A stretch of 64,000 bases of DNA from Candidatus Cloacimonadales bacterium (lineage in GTDB: Bacteria > Cloacimonadota > Cloacimonadia > Cloacimonadales > JAIOQZ01), in NCBI GenBank assembly GCA_963665815.1, contig OY762463.1, positions 3,776,001 through 3,840,000 on the forward strand. Reading direction: 5' to 3'. Each line of letters opens with the position of its first letter. Position 1 is the stretch's first letter. The notes below the pieces were generated by a model. The model ran no database searches and was not told the DNA's origin. It saw only the letters and a list, made by a program, of their open reading frames with translations. Below, one piece after another: positions 32,114 through 47,114 of this stretch. Position numbers and translations under genes: made by a program.

Positions 32114-33016
32114 ATGCAGAACAAGGAAATTCTGACTGCCAGATTGAATTCATTCAAATTCTATTTAACAGTCGAGAAAGGCTTGGCAGATAACACAATT
32201 GAAAGTTATCTGACAGATGTTATCCAGTTTTTTGAGGAAACAGGAAAAGACATCAGCCACACAGATTCTGCTGATATAATAAATTTTTTCGTTAGTTTAC
32301 AGGAAATTGGTATCAGTTTCAAAACTATAGCAAGGAAAAGAAGTTCTTTAAAAGTATTCTTCGGTTTTCTGACTGAAGAAGGTATAGAAAATAGTGTGAA
32401 TTTTGATGATATTCCGGGAGTAAAAACACCGTCTTTACTACCGGATGTCATTGATGTTGATGAAATGCTGCATTTTCTTGATAGTCTACCGCTGGAAACA
32501 GCTCTGGATTACAGAAACAAAGCTATGTTTGAACTTATGTATGCAACAGGATTACGTATCAGTGAGATGCTGAACTTGAGACTTTCCGATCTAATGGAAA
32601 GTGAAAAACTCGTAAGAGTATTCGGAAAAGGTCGTAAGGAAAGATATATTCCAGTTGCAGATGAATCTCTTGAATGGATTTTTCAATATATCAGGAGTTA
32701 TAGACGTCTCCTGAAGAAGCAGGAGAGAACAGATATTGTTTTTCTGAACAGATCCGGAAATAAGCTTTCAAGAATGGGAGTATGGAAAATAATACAGAAG
32801 AAAATGTTTGAGACCGGGATTACAAAACATGTATCCCCGCATACATTCAGGCATTCTTTTGCGACTCATTTACTCCAGTCCGGAACTAATCTCAGAATTG
32901 TTCAGGCTTTGCTTGGTCACAGCAGCATAAACACTACTCAGATATATACCAATATTGACATAAAATACTTAAGAGAAGAGCACAGGAAGCATCATCCAAG
33001 AAATCATTTGGAATAA
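32114..33016 (+). CDS. xerD: Tyrosine recombinase XerD
   Basis: YATGLRISE, GKGRKER, HTFRHSFATH, LGHSSINTTQIY, HHPR. Confidence 0.88.
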   Translation: MQNKEILTARLNSFKFYLTVEKGLADNTIESYLTDVIQFFEETGKDISHTDSADIINFFVSLQEIGISFKTIARKRSSLKVFFGFLTEEGIENSVNFDDIPGVKTPSLLPDVIDVDEMLHFLDSLPLETALDYRNKAMFELMYATGLRISEMLNLRLSDLMESEKLVRVFGKGRKERYIPVADESLEWIFQYIRSYRRLLKKQERTDIVFLNRSGNKLSRMGVWKIIQKKMFETGITKHVSPHTFRHSFATHLLQSGTNLRIVQALLGHSSINTTQIYTNIDIKYLREEHRKHHPRNHLE

Positions 33017-33076
33017 TTATTGCATATTTAATTAACAAGAAGGATACAAAAAAGATAAAGATGGAGGTATTCTCAT

Positions 33077-34072
33077 ATGAGAATCATAAGAAAGAGCGGA
33101 TTAATAATAATGTTGTTACTTGCCTCAGCTTTTATGCTGAATGCGCAGGAATACAGCAGTAGTGAACTTGCAGCTAAAGCTAATCAGGAAGGGATAAAGC
33201 TTTATGATAAGGGTTCATACACTGAAGCTGCAAAGAAATTTGACGAAGCAATGAAGCTTTTCGAAAAATCTGAAAAGGAAGATGGACTCAAGAAAGATAG
33301 AGAAAAATCAGAACTGCTTCAAAGACTTGTAAATTGTAGTGCCCAGGTAAAAGATTATAACAAAGTTGTATTCTATATGGAAAAACAGCTTGAGTCTTCA
33401 CCCAATGATTTGCTGCTTGCAAGAAAAATCAGCCAGGTATACAGAAAGTATCTTGGAGATTTCGATAAAGGTATAGCAGTTCTTGTAAACTTTGATGAAA
33501 AGAAAACAAGTCTGGCTGCAAGAAAACTGATAGCTAAGATTTACTTTCTTGAAAAAGATTATAATAATGCGATTGTATGGTATAACAAATCACTGGAACT
33601 TAAAAAAGATGGTCGTACAATGGCTAAACTCGCTACAGCATTGATGGAAACAGGACAAATTGACAAAGCTATTGTTACGCTTAAAGATTATGTAGCAACA
33701 AATCCAAGTAAAAAAGATAAAGTTAAAATTTATGCTCATTTAGGTACTCTTTATGAAGATATGGCTGATAAAAAGAATGCTATAGCTTATTATCAGAAAT
33801 CAATGAATCTTGAATACAGTTATGAGTTTAATCATAAACTTGTTAAACTGTATTATGAGAGTGGAAATTTCAAGAAAACTGTTGAAGCAGCTAATCTTCT
33901 CAGAAAGAACAAACCGAAATATGAAAGTTATGCAACATATATGGTTGCAATGAGTCTCTATAAAATGAATGAAAAATCTACTGCTTTAACCGAATTCAAG
34001 AAAATCGAAAAAGATAAGAAATACGGAGAGGATGCTCAGCAGTTTGTTAAATTAATTAATCAGGAAATTTAG
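33077..34072 (+). CDS. Exported TPR-repeat protein
   Basis: Signal peptide; repeated helical A..Y.K.L TPR patterns. Confidence 0.75.
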   Translation: MRIIRKSGLIIMLLLASAFMLNAQEYSSSELAAKANQEGIKLYDKGSYTEAAKKFDEAMKLFEKSEKEDGLKKDREKSELLQRLVNCSAQVKDYNKVVFYMEKQLESSPNDLLLARKISQVYRKYLGDFDKGIAVLVNFDEKKTSLAARKLIAKIYFLEKDYNNAIVWYNKSLELKKDGRTMAKLATALMETGQIDKAIVTLKDYVATNPSKKDKVKIYAHLGTLYEDMADKKNAIAYYQKSMNLEYSYEFNHKLVKLYYESGNFKKTVEAANLLRKNKPKYESYATYMVAMSLYKMNEKSTALTEFKKIEKDKKYGEDAQQFVKLINQEI

Positions 34073-34080
34073 GAGACATA

Positions 34081-34818
34081 ATGAAGGCTTTATGTAAATG
34101 GACTATAATTACCGTAATGATTCTGTTAATTGTTGCAGTGTTGACAGGTTGTGACAACAGATCCAGGCATGCACCGGATATCAGTGTTAATATATCTGAT
34201 TCCTCTATTTATAATGAGGCTTCCGGAGATTCAATCAGAAATTCTTCTATTATAAGGATTTCTCTTTCCGGGAATGATGCTATTATCGAGAATCAGAAAA
34301 TATGGTTCATTTATGAGAGAAGTGTAGGAAATCTCTATCCTGTTACTGGAGTTCAGGGTGACAAAGTTTACGCCAGAACTTCTGAAACAGGTTATGTGGA
34401 AGTAATATACAATGCAGACCCAGATAAAGCCGGATTAGAGTCGTTCAGAATTTATGCTCAGGATTATGCTAACAGTTCTGAAGAATTCCATATAATGGTT
34501 TATGATATCCCTGAGATTTCACTTGAAAGTACAACGTCCATCGTGCCAATTTCCAGCCCTGCTGAAACTCTTTATGTTACAGTGGTATTGAATTCCCTGA
34601 GTGCTAACTTTGACAATGAAACTGTCTATTTGGCTCTCAGAGAACAACACTCCGGAATGACGTTGCTTACGGATTCAGTTGTGACTAATGAACATGGAAG
34701 AGCTTCCTTCGAAGTTGTAGCAGGACCTTATGCAGGTTTATGGGGTGTTATCGGTACGATGAAGACATTCAACTTTAAAACTGATGAAGTGGAATTTGAA
34801 CACGAATTTCCTGAGTAA
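34081..34818 (+). CDS. Lipoprotein with Ig-like (invasin/Big-type) domains
   Basis: Lipobox LTGC; TSETGY and TNEHGRA motifs. Confidence 0.55.
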   Translation: MKALCKWTIITVMILLIVAVLTGCDNRSRHAPDISVNISDSSIYNEASGDSIRNSSIIRISLSGNDAIIENQKIWFIYERSVGNLYPVTGVQGDKVYARTSETGYVEVIYNADPDKAGLESFRIYAQDYANSSEEFHIMVYDIPEISLESTTSIVPISSPAETLYVTVVLNSLSANFDNETVYLALREQHSGMTLLTDSVVTNEHGRASFEVVAGPYAGLWGVIGTMKTFNFKTDEVEFEHEFPE

Positions 34819-34847
34819 AAAAGTAACATTTAGATACTATTATATAC

Positions 34848-34873
34848 AGGCTGTCAGTTTTGGCAGCCTTTTC
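34848..34873 (+). terminator. Intrinsic terminator
   Basis: aggctgtca-gttt-tggcagcctttt. Confidence 0.7.
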
Positions 34874-34950
34874 TATTTTATTCTGCAATTTCTTGACAAA
34901 ATGTTAGAGTTAAATATGTTTATAAATCCAAAAAAATACGCGAGGTAATT

Positions 34951-35733
34951 ATGAGACCATATATTATAGCCGGCAACTGGAAAATGAATAAGAATTTTGA
35001 AGAAGCTGATGATTTTTTATATCAACTTACAGAGTACGTCGATGCAAATGAGGAAAACCTTGAAGGAATTGATATTGTTGTTGCAACACCTTACCTTTAT
35101 CTTGAAATGGCAACAGATTATTCCGAGAACAGACCTATGTATATCTCCTCTCAAAATGTCAGCGAAAAAGATCAGGGAGCTTATACAGGTGAAGTCTCAG
35201 CTGATATGCTGGAATCACTGGATGTCGGATATTGTATAGTCGGACATTCCGAAAGAAGAAAATACTATAATGATACAGATAAAATTGTGAATATGAAAAT
35301 CCAGCAGCTTCAAAAGAACAATATTGTTCCGATTGTCTGCATTGGAGAAACTGAAGAACAAAGAACAGCCGGAGATACAGAGAAAGTTCTCCTTGCTCAG
35401 CTTAAGGGTGCGTTTGATGGTATTCTCTTTCACGAAGATCAGCCAATTTTGATTGCTTATGAACCTATATGGGCAATTGGTACAGGTAAAACTGCAACTC
35501 CTGAAATTGCTCAGAAAGCACATGCCTTTATCAGAAACTGGTTGAAAGAAAACTATGCAGACAGTGTCTCCGAAAGAGTTCCTCTCCTTTATGGTGGAAG
35601 CGTTAAACCTGCAAATATTAAGGAACTTCTCAGTATGAAAGATATTGATGGAGCCTTGATTGGTGGAGCATCACTAAATATTGATGATTATACAGACATG
35701 ATAAATATTGCGATAGGGATGGTAGAAAAATAA
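34951..35733 (+). CDS. tpiA: Triosephosphate isomerase
   Basis: AGNWKMN, GHSERR, AYEPIWAIGTG, YGGS, GGASL. Confidence 0.98.
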   Translation: MRPYIIAGNWKMNKNFEEADDFLYQLTEYVDANEENLEGIDIVVATPYLYLEMATDYSENRPMYISSQNVSEKDQGAYTGEVSADMLESLDVGYCIVGHSERRKYYNDTDKIVNMKIQQLQKNNIVPIVCIGETEEQRTAGDTEKVLLAQLKGAFDGILFHEDQPILIAYEPIWAIGTGKTATPEIAQKAHAFIRNWLKENYADSVSERVPLLYGGSVKPANIKELLSMKDIDGALIGGASLNIDDYTDMINIAIGMVEK

Positions 35734-37001
35734 TGATAGATATTAAATTTCTTAAAGAAAATGTTGAATTAGTTAAACAGGCTGTAGTCAATAAAAACGA
35801 AAAGGCTGATGTCGATAAGATCGTAGCTCTTGACGAACATAAAAGAAAAGTACAATTCAATTTCGATCAATTGAGGGCCAGACAGAATCAGGTTTCAAAG
35901 GAAATTGCCGGAATCAAGAAGCAGAAAGGCGATGCATCTGAATTGCTTGCTGAAATGAAAGATGTGGCTAAGAAGGTTAAAGAGTTATCAGCAGAGCTTG
36001 CTGAACTTGAAACAGGGCTGTATAACGCTGTGCTTGAAATCCCTAACGTTCCTGATGAATGTGTGCCTGTAGGCAAGGATGAAAGCAGTAATAAATATAT
36101 AAGAGAATGGTCTGAGAAGAAGAATTTTGATTTCAAGCCTAAAACCCATGAAGAACTTTCTGAACACCTTCTGGATTTTCAGCGGGGTGGTAAATTAACA
36201 GGTTCAGGATTCCCGGTGTATACTAAGTATGGAGCACTGCTTGAAAGAGCATTGATTAATTTCATGCTGGATACTCATGTATATAAGAATGAATATACAG
36301 AAGTAAAGACTCCTTTTATTGTAAACAGAAAAACAATGACCGGTACCGGTCAGCTGCCTAAATTGGAAAATGATATGTATCATATTAATGAAGATGATCT
36401 TTTCCTTATTCCTACAGCAGAAGTTCCTGTAACAAATCTGCATGCTGATGAAATCTGCCAGAATACAGCATTGCCGATAAAGTATGTTTCATATACTCCA
36501 TGTTTCAGACGAGAAGCAGGGTCATATGGTAAGGATACAAAAGGACTGCAAAGGGTACACCAGTTTAATAAGGTTGAAATGGTTAGATTTGTACGACCTG
36601 AAGACTCTGAGGCTGCCCTCGAGGAAATGGTTGGAAATGCCGAAAAGCTCCTTCAGGATCTTGGTTTACATTATAGAGTAATTGAACTCTGTACAGGTGA
36701 CCTCAGTTTTGCATCAGCCAGAACTTTTGATATTGAAGTATGGGCTCCGGGATCTGAGAAGTATCTTGAGGTATCCTCTGTTAGTAATTTCAGAGATTTT
36801 CAGGCAAGAAGAGCCGGAATTAGATTCAGGGATGTAGATAATAGTGTAAAATTTGTGCATACTTTGAACGGTTCAGGACTGGCAACTCCTCGTACTTTTA
36901 TTGCTCTGATTGAGACCTGGCAGCAGGCAGATGGAAGTATTCAGATACCTGACAAAATAAAATCATATATGCAAGGTATTGAAAAATTAGATTTTAGCTG
37001 A
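35733..37001 (+). CDS. serS: Serine--tRNA ligase
   Basis: PTAEVP, FRREAG, RVHQFNKVE, HTLNGSGLA. Confidence 0.98.
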   Translation: MIDIKFLKENVELVKQAVVNKNEKADVDKIVALDEHKRKVQFNFDQLRARQNQVSKEIAGIKKQKGDASELLAEMKDVAKKVKELSAELAELETGLYNAVLEIPNVPDECVPVGKDESSNKYIREWSEKKNFDFKPKTHEELSEHLLDFQRGGKLTGSGFPVYTKYGALLERALINFMLDTHVYKNEYTEVKTPFIVNRKTMTGTGQLPKLENDMYHINEDDLFLIPTAEVPVTNLHADEICQNTALPIKYVSYTPCFRREAGSYGKDTKGLQRVHQFNKVEMVRFVRPEDSEAALEEMVGNAEKLLQDLGLHYRVIELCTGDLSFASARTFDIEVWAPGSEKYLEVSSVSNFRDFQARRAGIRFRDVDNSVKFVHTLNGSGLATPRTFIALIETWQQADGSIQIPDKIKSYMQGIEKLDFS

Positions 37002-37029
37002 AAACAGCAAAAAAATGCAATTTTATTTC

Positions 37030-37262
37030 TTGACTTGGATATGCTAATATTGGAGTTTGTCCCTCGTTGCTTGTGCAACACATAGAGTGAAGAGCTTTTC
37101 GGAGCGAGTGAAAAATTGGAACGGAAAACTGTTAACGCAGTAGAGATTTGGAAGTAGAGAATAGTGCTCCTTGAAAATAATTTAAAAAAGTTCTTGACAA
37201 CGAGACATCGATTTTAGATGTTGGCAAAACCTTGCTTCGGTGGGGTAAGTGATCTTTGAAAG
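37030..37262 (+). promoter_or_regulatory. rrn promoter region (tandem TTGAC -35 boxes) with boxA-like elements
   Basis: ttgact ~37030 and ttgaca ~37194; tgctccttgaaaa ~37165 and gatctttgaaa ~37251. Confidence 0.55.
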
Positions 37263-37343
37263 AGTAAATCGAAAAGATAAAGTGAATAGAAGTGGAATGA
37301 GAGAGAATCATGGAAACATGAAGGAAGAGTCATACAAATTTTC

Positions 37344-38901
<1,558 letters not shown>

Positions 38902-38973
38902 ACGAATATTTCTAAAATTCAAAATTATATAATTATCTTCCTATCTCTCATTCCAATCTTATAAATTTTCCGG

Positions 38974-39050
<77 letters not shown>

Positions 39051-39053
39051 GAT

Positions 39054-39129
39054 GGGGGATTAGCTTAGCTGGGAGAGCGCTGCCCTTGCAAGGCAGAGGT
39101 CATCGGTTCGAATCCGATATCCTCCACCA
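39054..39129 (+). tRNA. tRNA-Ala (TGC)
   Basis: G3:U70 pair, CT-TGC-AA loop, CCA end. Confidence 0.97.
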
Positions 39130-39235
39130 ATATTTTTTGATCATTAAAAAAGTTTTAAATAGAAGTGAGATAGAGTGAAAGAGCGAAAAAGAGATAGCGA
39201 TAAACAAAGCTAAAGAATTTTCACATTATAAAAGA

Positions 39236-42146
<2,911 letters not shown>

Positions 42147-42189
42147 ATTTTATTCACTCTATCTCATACATTTTAGTCAGGCTATTAAT

Positions 42190-42304
42190 GTGGTGGTTTT
42201 GGCGGTGAGGTCACACCTGTACCCATCCCGAACACAGAAGTTAAGCTCACCTGCGCCGATGGTACTGCTTGGGAAACTGAGTGGGAGAGTAGGTCGCCGC
42301 CACT
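42190..42304 (+). rRNA. rrf: 5S rRNA
   Basis: cccatcccgaacacagaagttaag, gatggtact, gggagagtaggtc; flanked by an aggctatta/taatagcct stem. Confidence 0.97.
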
Positions 42305-42341
42305 TTAATAGCCTGTCTTTTTTTTATCACTTATTTAACAC

Positions 42342-42366
42342 AAACGACCCATAAAAGGTCGTTTTC
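42342..42366. terminator. Terminator-like hairpin after rrn
   Basis: aaacgacc-cataaa-aggtcgtttt. Confidence 0.55.
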
Positions 42367-42381
42367 GTCGTTTATGGGAGT

Positions 42382-44093
42382 TTACTTTATAGCCTCAAGT
42401 GTGTCGGTTATTTCTTTTTTTAGCTTCCTGCAATTGATTAAAAACAGGGAGTCTTTCGAAGAATTTATTTTGTTCTTTATGAATTTTATCAATTTTTCAA
42501 GATTATCCAAAACAAGAATCTTGTCTTTGAGCTCAATACTGCTTAGTGTTTTAACTAGCACTTTGAGATTGTATATAGTCATATTACTAATACCCACTGT
42601 GTTAATTTGATGATTAACTAAAAATGCAAAAATACTTTCAATAAATGTCACTGATCTGAACTGATGCCAATCGATTTTCTCTTTATCGATTATTTTGAAA
42701 ATTTCTCCGAAGTTATTTTTGTTTTTCCTCAGAAGGTAGTCAGAATATTTCCTTGGTACTATATATTTATATTCTGCTGGAAAATAATCATTAATCATTT
42801 TCCCACTAAATATTTCATCTTTAACTCCTCTCCACTTAAATTCGTCATCAGAAGTAAAGTACTCATCGATTTTAGACGAGCATCGTTTTATTAGATCACT
42901 CACCTCAGGTATTGTTGACAGTGATTTTAATCCATTTTTTAATTTAATTAATTGCAATAAACTGTAGTTATCATATCAACATAAGCTTGATACTTATTTA
43001 TAACATCCAACAGCTGTGGTAGTTGGATGTATTGTGATGCATGGAAAATATCTTGCTCATATCGATTAAACTCACTGTTAAGATCTCTAAGCTCATTAAT
43101 TATAGATTTCTTATCAAGAAATCCTTTATAGAAAAAATTGAACATGCCCTTACTATACAAATATGCGAAATAGTAGACTTCATAATTTTTTAGAAAGTAC
43201 ATTGTACCATTTGGGGAATCAAATTCTGAAATGCTATTATCATTGTAATAATATTGTAATGTATCGTTATTCTTGAACTTACCTTTCTTCTCTTCAATAC
43301 CAAGTATCATGCAGGTTATCAGCAGGTTATCGAGCATACTTGATAGCTCGTTTTCAGATGCAAGATTGTGTATAATTCTAAAATTATCCAGGGCATAAGA
43401 ATATGTTCTAAGATTCTTTTCTTTCAGCTCATTGTAGAATACTTCTAAATGAGCAGTATTAGTGAGTAGGTAATACTTATAATTACCATTATATCTGTTT
43501 GTAATCAGATCTTCTAATATGTTGATACCGGTTGGATCAAACTTAAAAGTCTTCCGGATAACTTTTTCTTTTTCCGAAGAATAGTCATTGTGATCTATCT
43601 TTGATTCATTAGAGACAAAAATGACCTTATTGTTTTTCTCAATCAAGTCATCAAGAACGAATCCAAAAATCTCTTTATATGTTAAAGGAGCTGATATTCG
43701 TTCAAGATCGTCCATGACAATGATAAGGTCTTTATAATTCGCAGAGTTCAGACAAAGATTCAAGGCTGTTTCAGAGATATCCGAGGCAATTTTAGTTCCA
43801 TCGAACATCTTAAGTAGTTTGTTTCCAATATTAAAAAAACTACTTACTTTGCCAGAAATCTGATGTATTTCTATAAACAATTTCTTCTTAACATCATTAA
43901 TTGACTTCATCCCATTTAGAGATAAATAAATTATTGTATTCTTTTCTTCGTTAATTGATTTTAAAGATTTAATCAGGCTGTTTTTAATAAAGAAGGTTTT
44001 ACCGATTCCCCAATCACCGTCAATCATATAAGCATAGTCTGTTTTTTCAGCTTTTACATAATCAATTATTGCTTTTGTCAGTCTTTCTTCCAT
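42382..44093 (-). pseudogene. KAP-family P-loop NTPase split by an apparent frameshift (ORFs 42948-44093 and 42382-42957)
   Basis: Walker A DGDWGIGKT, Walker B IVMDDLER. The downstream frame is open (YDNYSLLQLIKL) before the upstream stop and has no clear RBS. Confidence 0.65.
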
Positions 44094-44211
44094 TCATCCT
44101 CCAGTTATTACTGAGTTTAGTAAAATTGAAAGAATGGTGTCAAGCTGCAAATACTGAGTACATATTGTTTAAATATTTCTTGATGTAATTGAAATCATTA
44201 CTTGACTTAAA

Positions 44212-44230
44212 ACCTACCGGTCGGTAAGGT
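44212..44230. promoter_or_regulatory. TetR-type operator 1
   Basis: acctaccg-gt-cggtaaggt imperfect palindrome, just downstream of ttgact (-35) and just upstream of the tetR start. Confidence 0.7.
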
Positions 44231-44236
44231 GACGAC

Positions 44237-44836
44237 ATGAATAACACAAAAGAGAAAATTATTAAGAATGCATTGAAATTGTTTCTACAGAAAGGATTCG
44301 ATAGAACTTCGATGAATGACATAGCAAAATCTGTTGATATTTCAAAACCTGCAATATACCATCATTTTGAATCTAAAGAAGGATTGGCTAATGGTGTATT
44401 GGATTATTTTGCAGAAGTTATGAGAGACTGGAGCATTAAAAACTTTAGAACTTGTAAGAATACTTATGAGAGGATTAAGTTTTCGTTCGAATCCATCAAA
44501 AGGTTTCATGAGGTTGAGAAGCTTGTTTTAGGTGAAGAAATAAGCTATAAATATTCATTTAATGATTTTATCATTATTGCCAGTAAAAACAGCGAGAATT
44601 TTAGAAAAAAAATGAAAGAAATAGTAATGAGAACTCTGGAGGTTGGTAAAATGAATATAAGAAAAGGACAAGAATCCGGAGAAATAAGAGCTGATCTGGA
44701 TCCTGATATAATTGCGTTGCAGATGCATTCAATAATTGAAGGATTATCGGTTGTTGCAGCTGCAGATACATTACTCAATCTGGATTTAATTGGTGCAAAG
44801 ATGTTTAAACAGTTCTGGCTTCAAATAAAGAAGTAA
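44237..44836 (+). CDS. TetR/AcrR family regulator
   Basis: F.QKGFDRTSMNDIAK..ISKPAIYHHFESKE HTH. Confidence 0.92.
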   Translation: MNNTKEKIIKNALKLFLQKGFDRTSMNDIAKSVDISKPAIYHHFESKEGLANGVLDYFAEVMRDWSIKNFRTCKNTYERIKFSFESIKRFHEVEKLVLGEEISYKYSFNDFIIIASKNSENFRKKMKEIVMRTLEVGKMNIRKGQESGEIRADLDPDIIALQMHSIIEGLSVVAAADTLLNLDLIGAKMFKQFWLQIKK

Positions 44837-44856
44837 TTTTTTTAATCAGTAAATAT

Positions 44857-44874
44857 ACTTAACGGTAGGTAAGC
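44857..44874. promoter_or_regulatory. TetR-type operator 2
   Basis: acttaacggtaggtaagc, a degenerate copy of operator 1 next to the CPBP start. Confidence 0.55.
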
Positions 44875-44877
44875 AAA

Positions 44878-45612
44878 ATGAGAATTATTAAGTTCAAACC
44901 ATACATTGCAATTTCTCTGACAATAATAATCTATTACACAGCTTTGTATGTTATATCAGGGACTGCGTTAATAAGATCTTTTCTGGAATCCTTTTCATAC
45001 ATTAACAGATCGAATTTAATACAATTTTACTTTTTTGTTACTGCAATAGGATTATCTCTGATTTTCTTCAGAGGCAAACTGAGTGAAATCGGATTTAGAT
45101 TACCAGATTTTAAAATTCAGTTGAAATCGATGAAAACTGCTTTATGGGTGTCATTTCTCGAAACAATTTTCTTCTTTATCTGGGTAATTCTAATTGTACC
45201 AAAGAACTCCGGAGGTAGTCATCCTGCAATGAATAAGGGATTCTTAAATACAATTATTTCTGTATGGATTATTGCCAGTTTCTGTGAGGAAGTATTGTAC
45301 AGAGGATTTTTGCAGAGTTCTCTGTATCCATGGAAGAAGTATAGATTTAAAAAGGGTAGGGTTAACATAAGTTTACCTGTATTCATTGGAGCATTGCTTT
45401 TTGGTCTTGGACATTTTTGTTTATTACCTGCTATGGGATTAATGAAAACAATACCAATTGTGATAGGCTGCTTCACAACAGGTCTTGTCGCAGGATACTA
45501 CAGAGAGAAAAGCAAGAGTATACTCCCAGCTTATACATCGCATCTGATATCAAATGTCATCGGATCAAGTCCTATGTGGATCTCGGTAATTGTTAAAGCG
45601 ATAAGCAGTTAA
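44878..45612 (+). CDS. CPBP (CAAX/Abi) intramembrane glutamic endopeptidase
   Basis: EEVLYRG, FGLGH, H...N motifs; multiple TM helices. Confidence 0.88.
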   Translation: MRIIKFKPYIAISLTIIIYYTALYVISGTALIRSFLESFSYINRSNLIQFYFFVTAIGLSLIFFRGKLSEIGFRLPDFKIQLKSMKTALWVSFLETIFFFIWVILIVPKNSGGSHPAMNKGFLNTIISVWIIASFCEEVLYRGFLQSSLYPWKKYRFKKGRVNISLPVFIGALLFGLGHFCLLPAMGLMKTIPIVIGCFTTGLVAGYYREKSKSILPAYTSHLISNVIGSSPMWISVIVKAISS

Positions 45613-46201
45613 TCTTAATATGAATAAATTTTAAGTGCATCAAGATTCTTTCTTCTTGATTTTCTAGTGAATTTATTGTGCTTTTTCTTTAGCTTACCTT
45701 CATCTAACAATCTGTTGAACTCCTGAAATTCCTTCTCTGTCTCTGTTTTTTCTCCAAAAAATATCTCATTCTCATCAGGGTTCCACAAGAATGGTTCACC
45801 TGTTTCCACGATGTTCAAAGAGTCGGAAACAGAATACAGGAAATCCTGTATGTGTTTTCCGGGTTGATGTAGAGAGATTGGTTAAGTGTCAGGGGACAAT
45901 TACGAATTTGTTCCACAGCTAAATCTACTCAGAATGTAATGTCTATGTGCTATTTCAAAACAAAGGTATAAAACTTTTTAATTTAATTTTCGCGAAAACA
46001 GTTTCTTAATATTGATTACGGAAAAAAACAATAAACTATTCCCATTAAGCTAAAGCATTTTAATCAACTATTTAATCATATAGCCTGAAAAGGTTAAAGC
46101 ATCATATTGATACTTTAATTAAAATTCTCAGGAAACTTCACAGGTTTTGACTAATAGTTAGAGTATAACAATTGAAAACAACAAAAACTAAGGAGTTTAT
46201 C

Positions 46202-46585
46202 ATGAAGAAAGTTTTAGTCCTGATCGCACTCGCACTAATGTTTTCAATCGGATTTACTCAAGAGTACAGCGAAGATGTTGTAAAACGAACTGACTGGATT
46301 ATGAAGTATTATACAAAGGAACTCGACCTATCAGAGGAACAGATTAAAACTATCAGACCGATAATTCTTGAGCGGACTGCATTTATGGAAAAGAACATAC
46401 CAGGTAAAAACTCTTCGAAAGAGGAGTGCTTTGAAGCATTAAAGAAATTCAGAGAGGAAAAAAGCGAATATGATAAAAGAATAATTGAGCATCTTGCTAA
46501 AAAGCAGATTAAGAAGTTCGGTGTGATGCAGGATAAACATAGAGATGCTTTCTACAATGTTCGCAAACGAGATAATAGAAGATAA
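46202..46585 (+). CDS. Small exported helical protein
   Basis: RBS aaggag before MKKVLVL; signal peptide; ELDLSEEQ motif. Confidence 0.65.
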   Translation: MKKVLVLIALALMFSIGFTQEYSEDVVKRTDWIMKYYTKELDLSEEQIKTIRPIILERTAFMEKNIPGKNSSKEECFEALKKFREEKSEYDKRIIEHLAKKQIKKFGVMQDKHRDAFYNVRKRDNRR

Positions 46586-46617
46586 GTCGCAATGAGATTA
46601 GAGCTTGAATATGATCC

Positions 46618-46652
46618 AGTCTGCTGATAGATTTCGGCAGCTGTTTTTTTTA
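46618..46652 (+). terminator. Intrinsic terminator
   Basis: cagtctgctga...tcggcagctg followed by a T-tract. Confidence 0.65.
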
Positions 46653-47114
46653 TTTTACTGATTCCTGCATCTCCAGGTCAGACTTTCTATCAATTGATAT
46701 TGACCGATTAAGAATCTTGTGCGAGTAATTAGGATGAATCGTAATTACGCCGATATGAGAATTAAGTTATGAAAGATATTATCATAAGATATTTTTATGA
46801 AGATTATCAAACAAATATGCAGCGGAGCATATGGATTATATATTTCTAAGTAATTAAACTCTTGCTAAATTTAAATATTGACATATTTTGTTATAACAAT
46901 AATTCAAGGGATAAATAAGGGTTTTACGTAAATATTATCCTTATAACCGATGACAATGTCCAAGAATATCGAAGCAAGAATTTAATCAAAGATTTCAGAA
47001 AGTAATAAATGTTCATAAGCGTTACTTTCTTAATGTAGAAAGGGAAAGAACTTAATTTTAATGTAGCAGATAATTAATGTAAATATTTAACAATTAGTTT
47101 TAGGGGATAACTTT

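Noticed and set aside
32114..33016. XerD as a mobile-element integrase or the array recombinase
   Set aside because: Typical housekeeping XerD next to guaB; no att or dif site recognised.
46650..47110. AT-rich inverted repeats as an ncRNA or origin
   Set aside because: Short AT-rich pairings are expected by chance; no DnaA boxes or iterons recognised.
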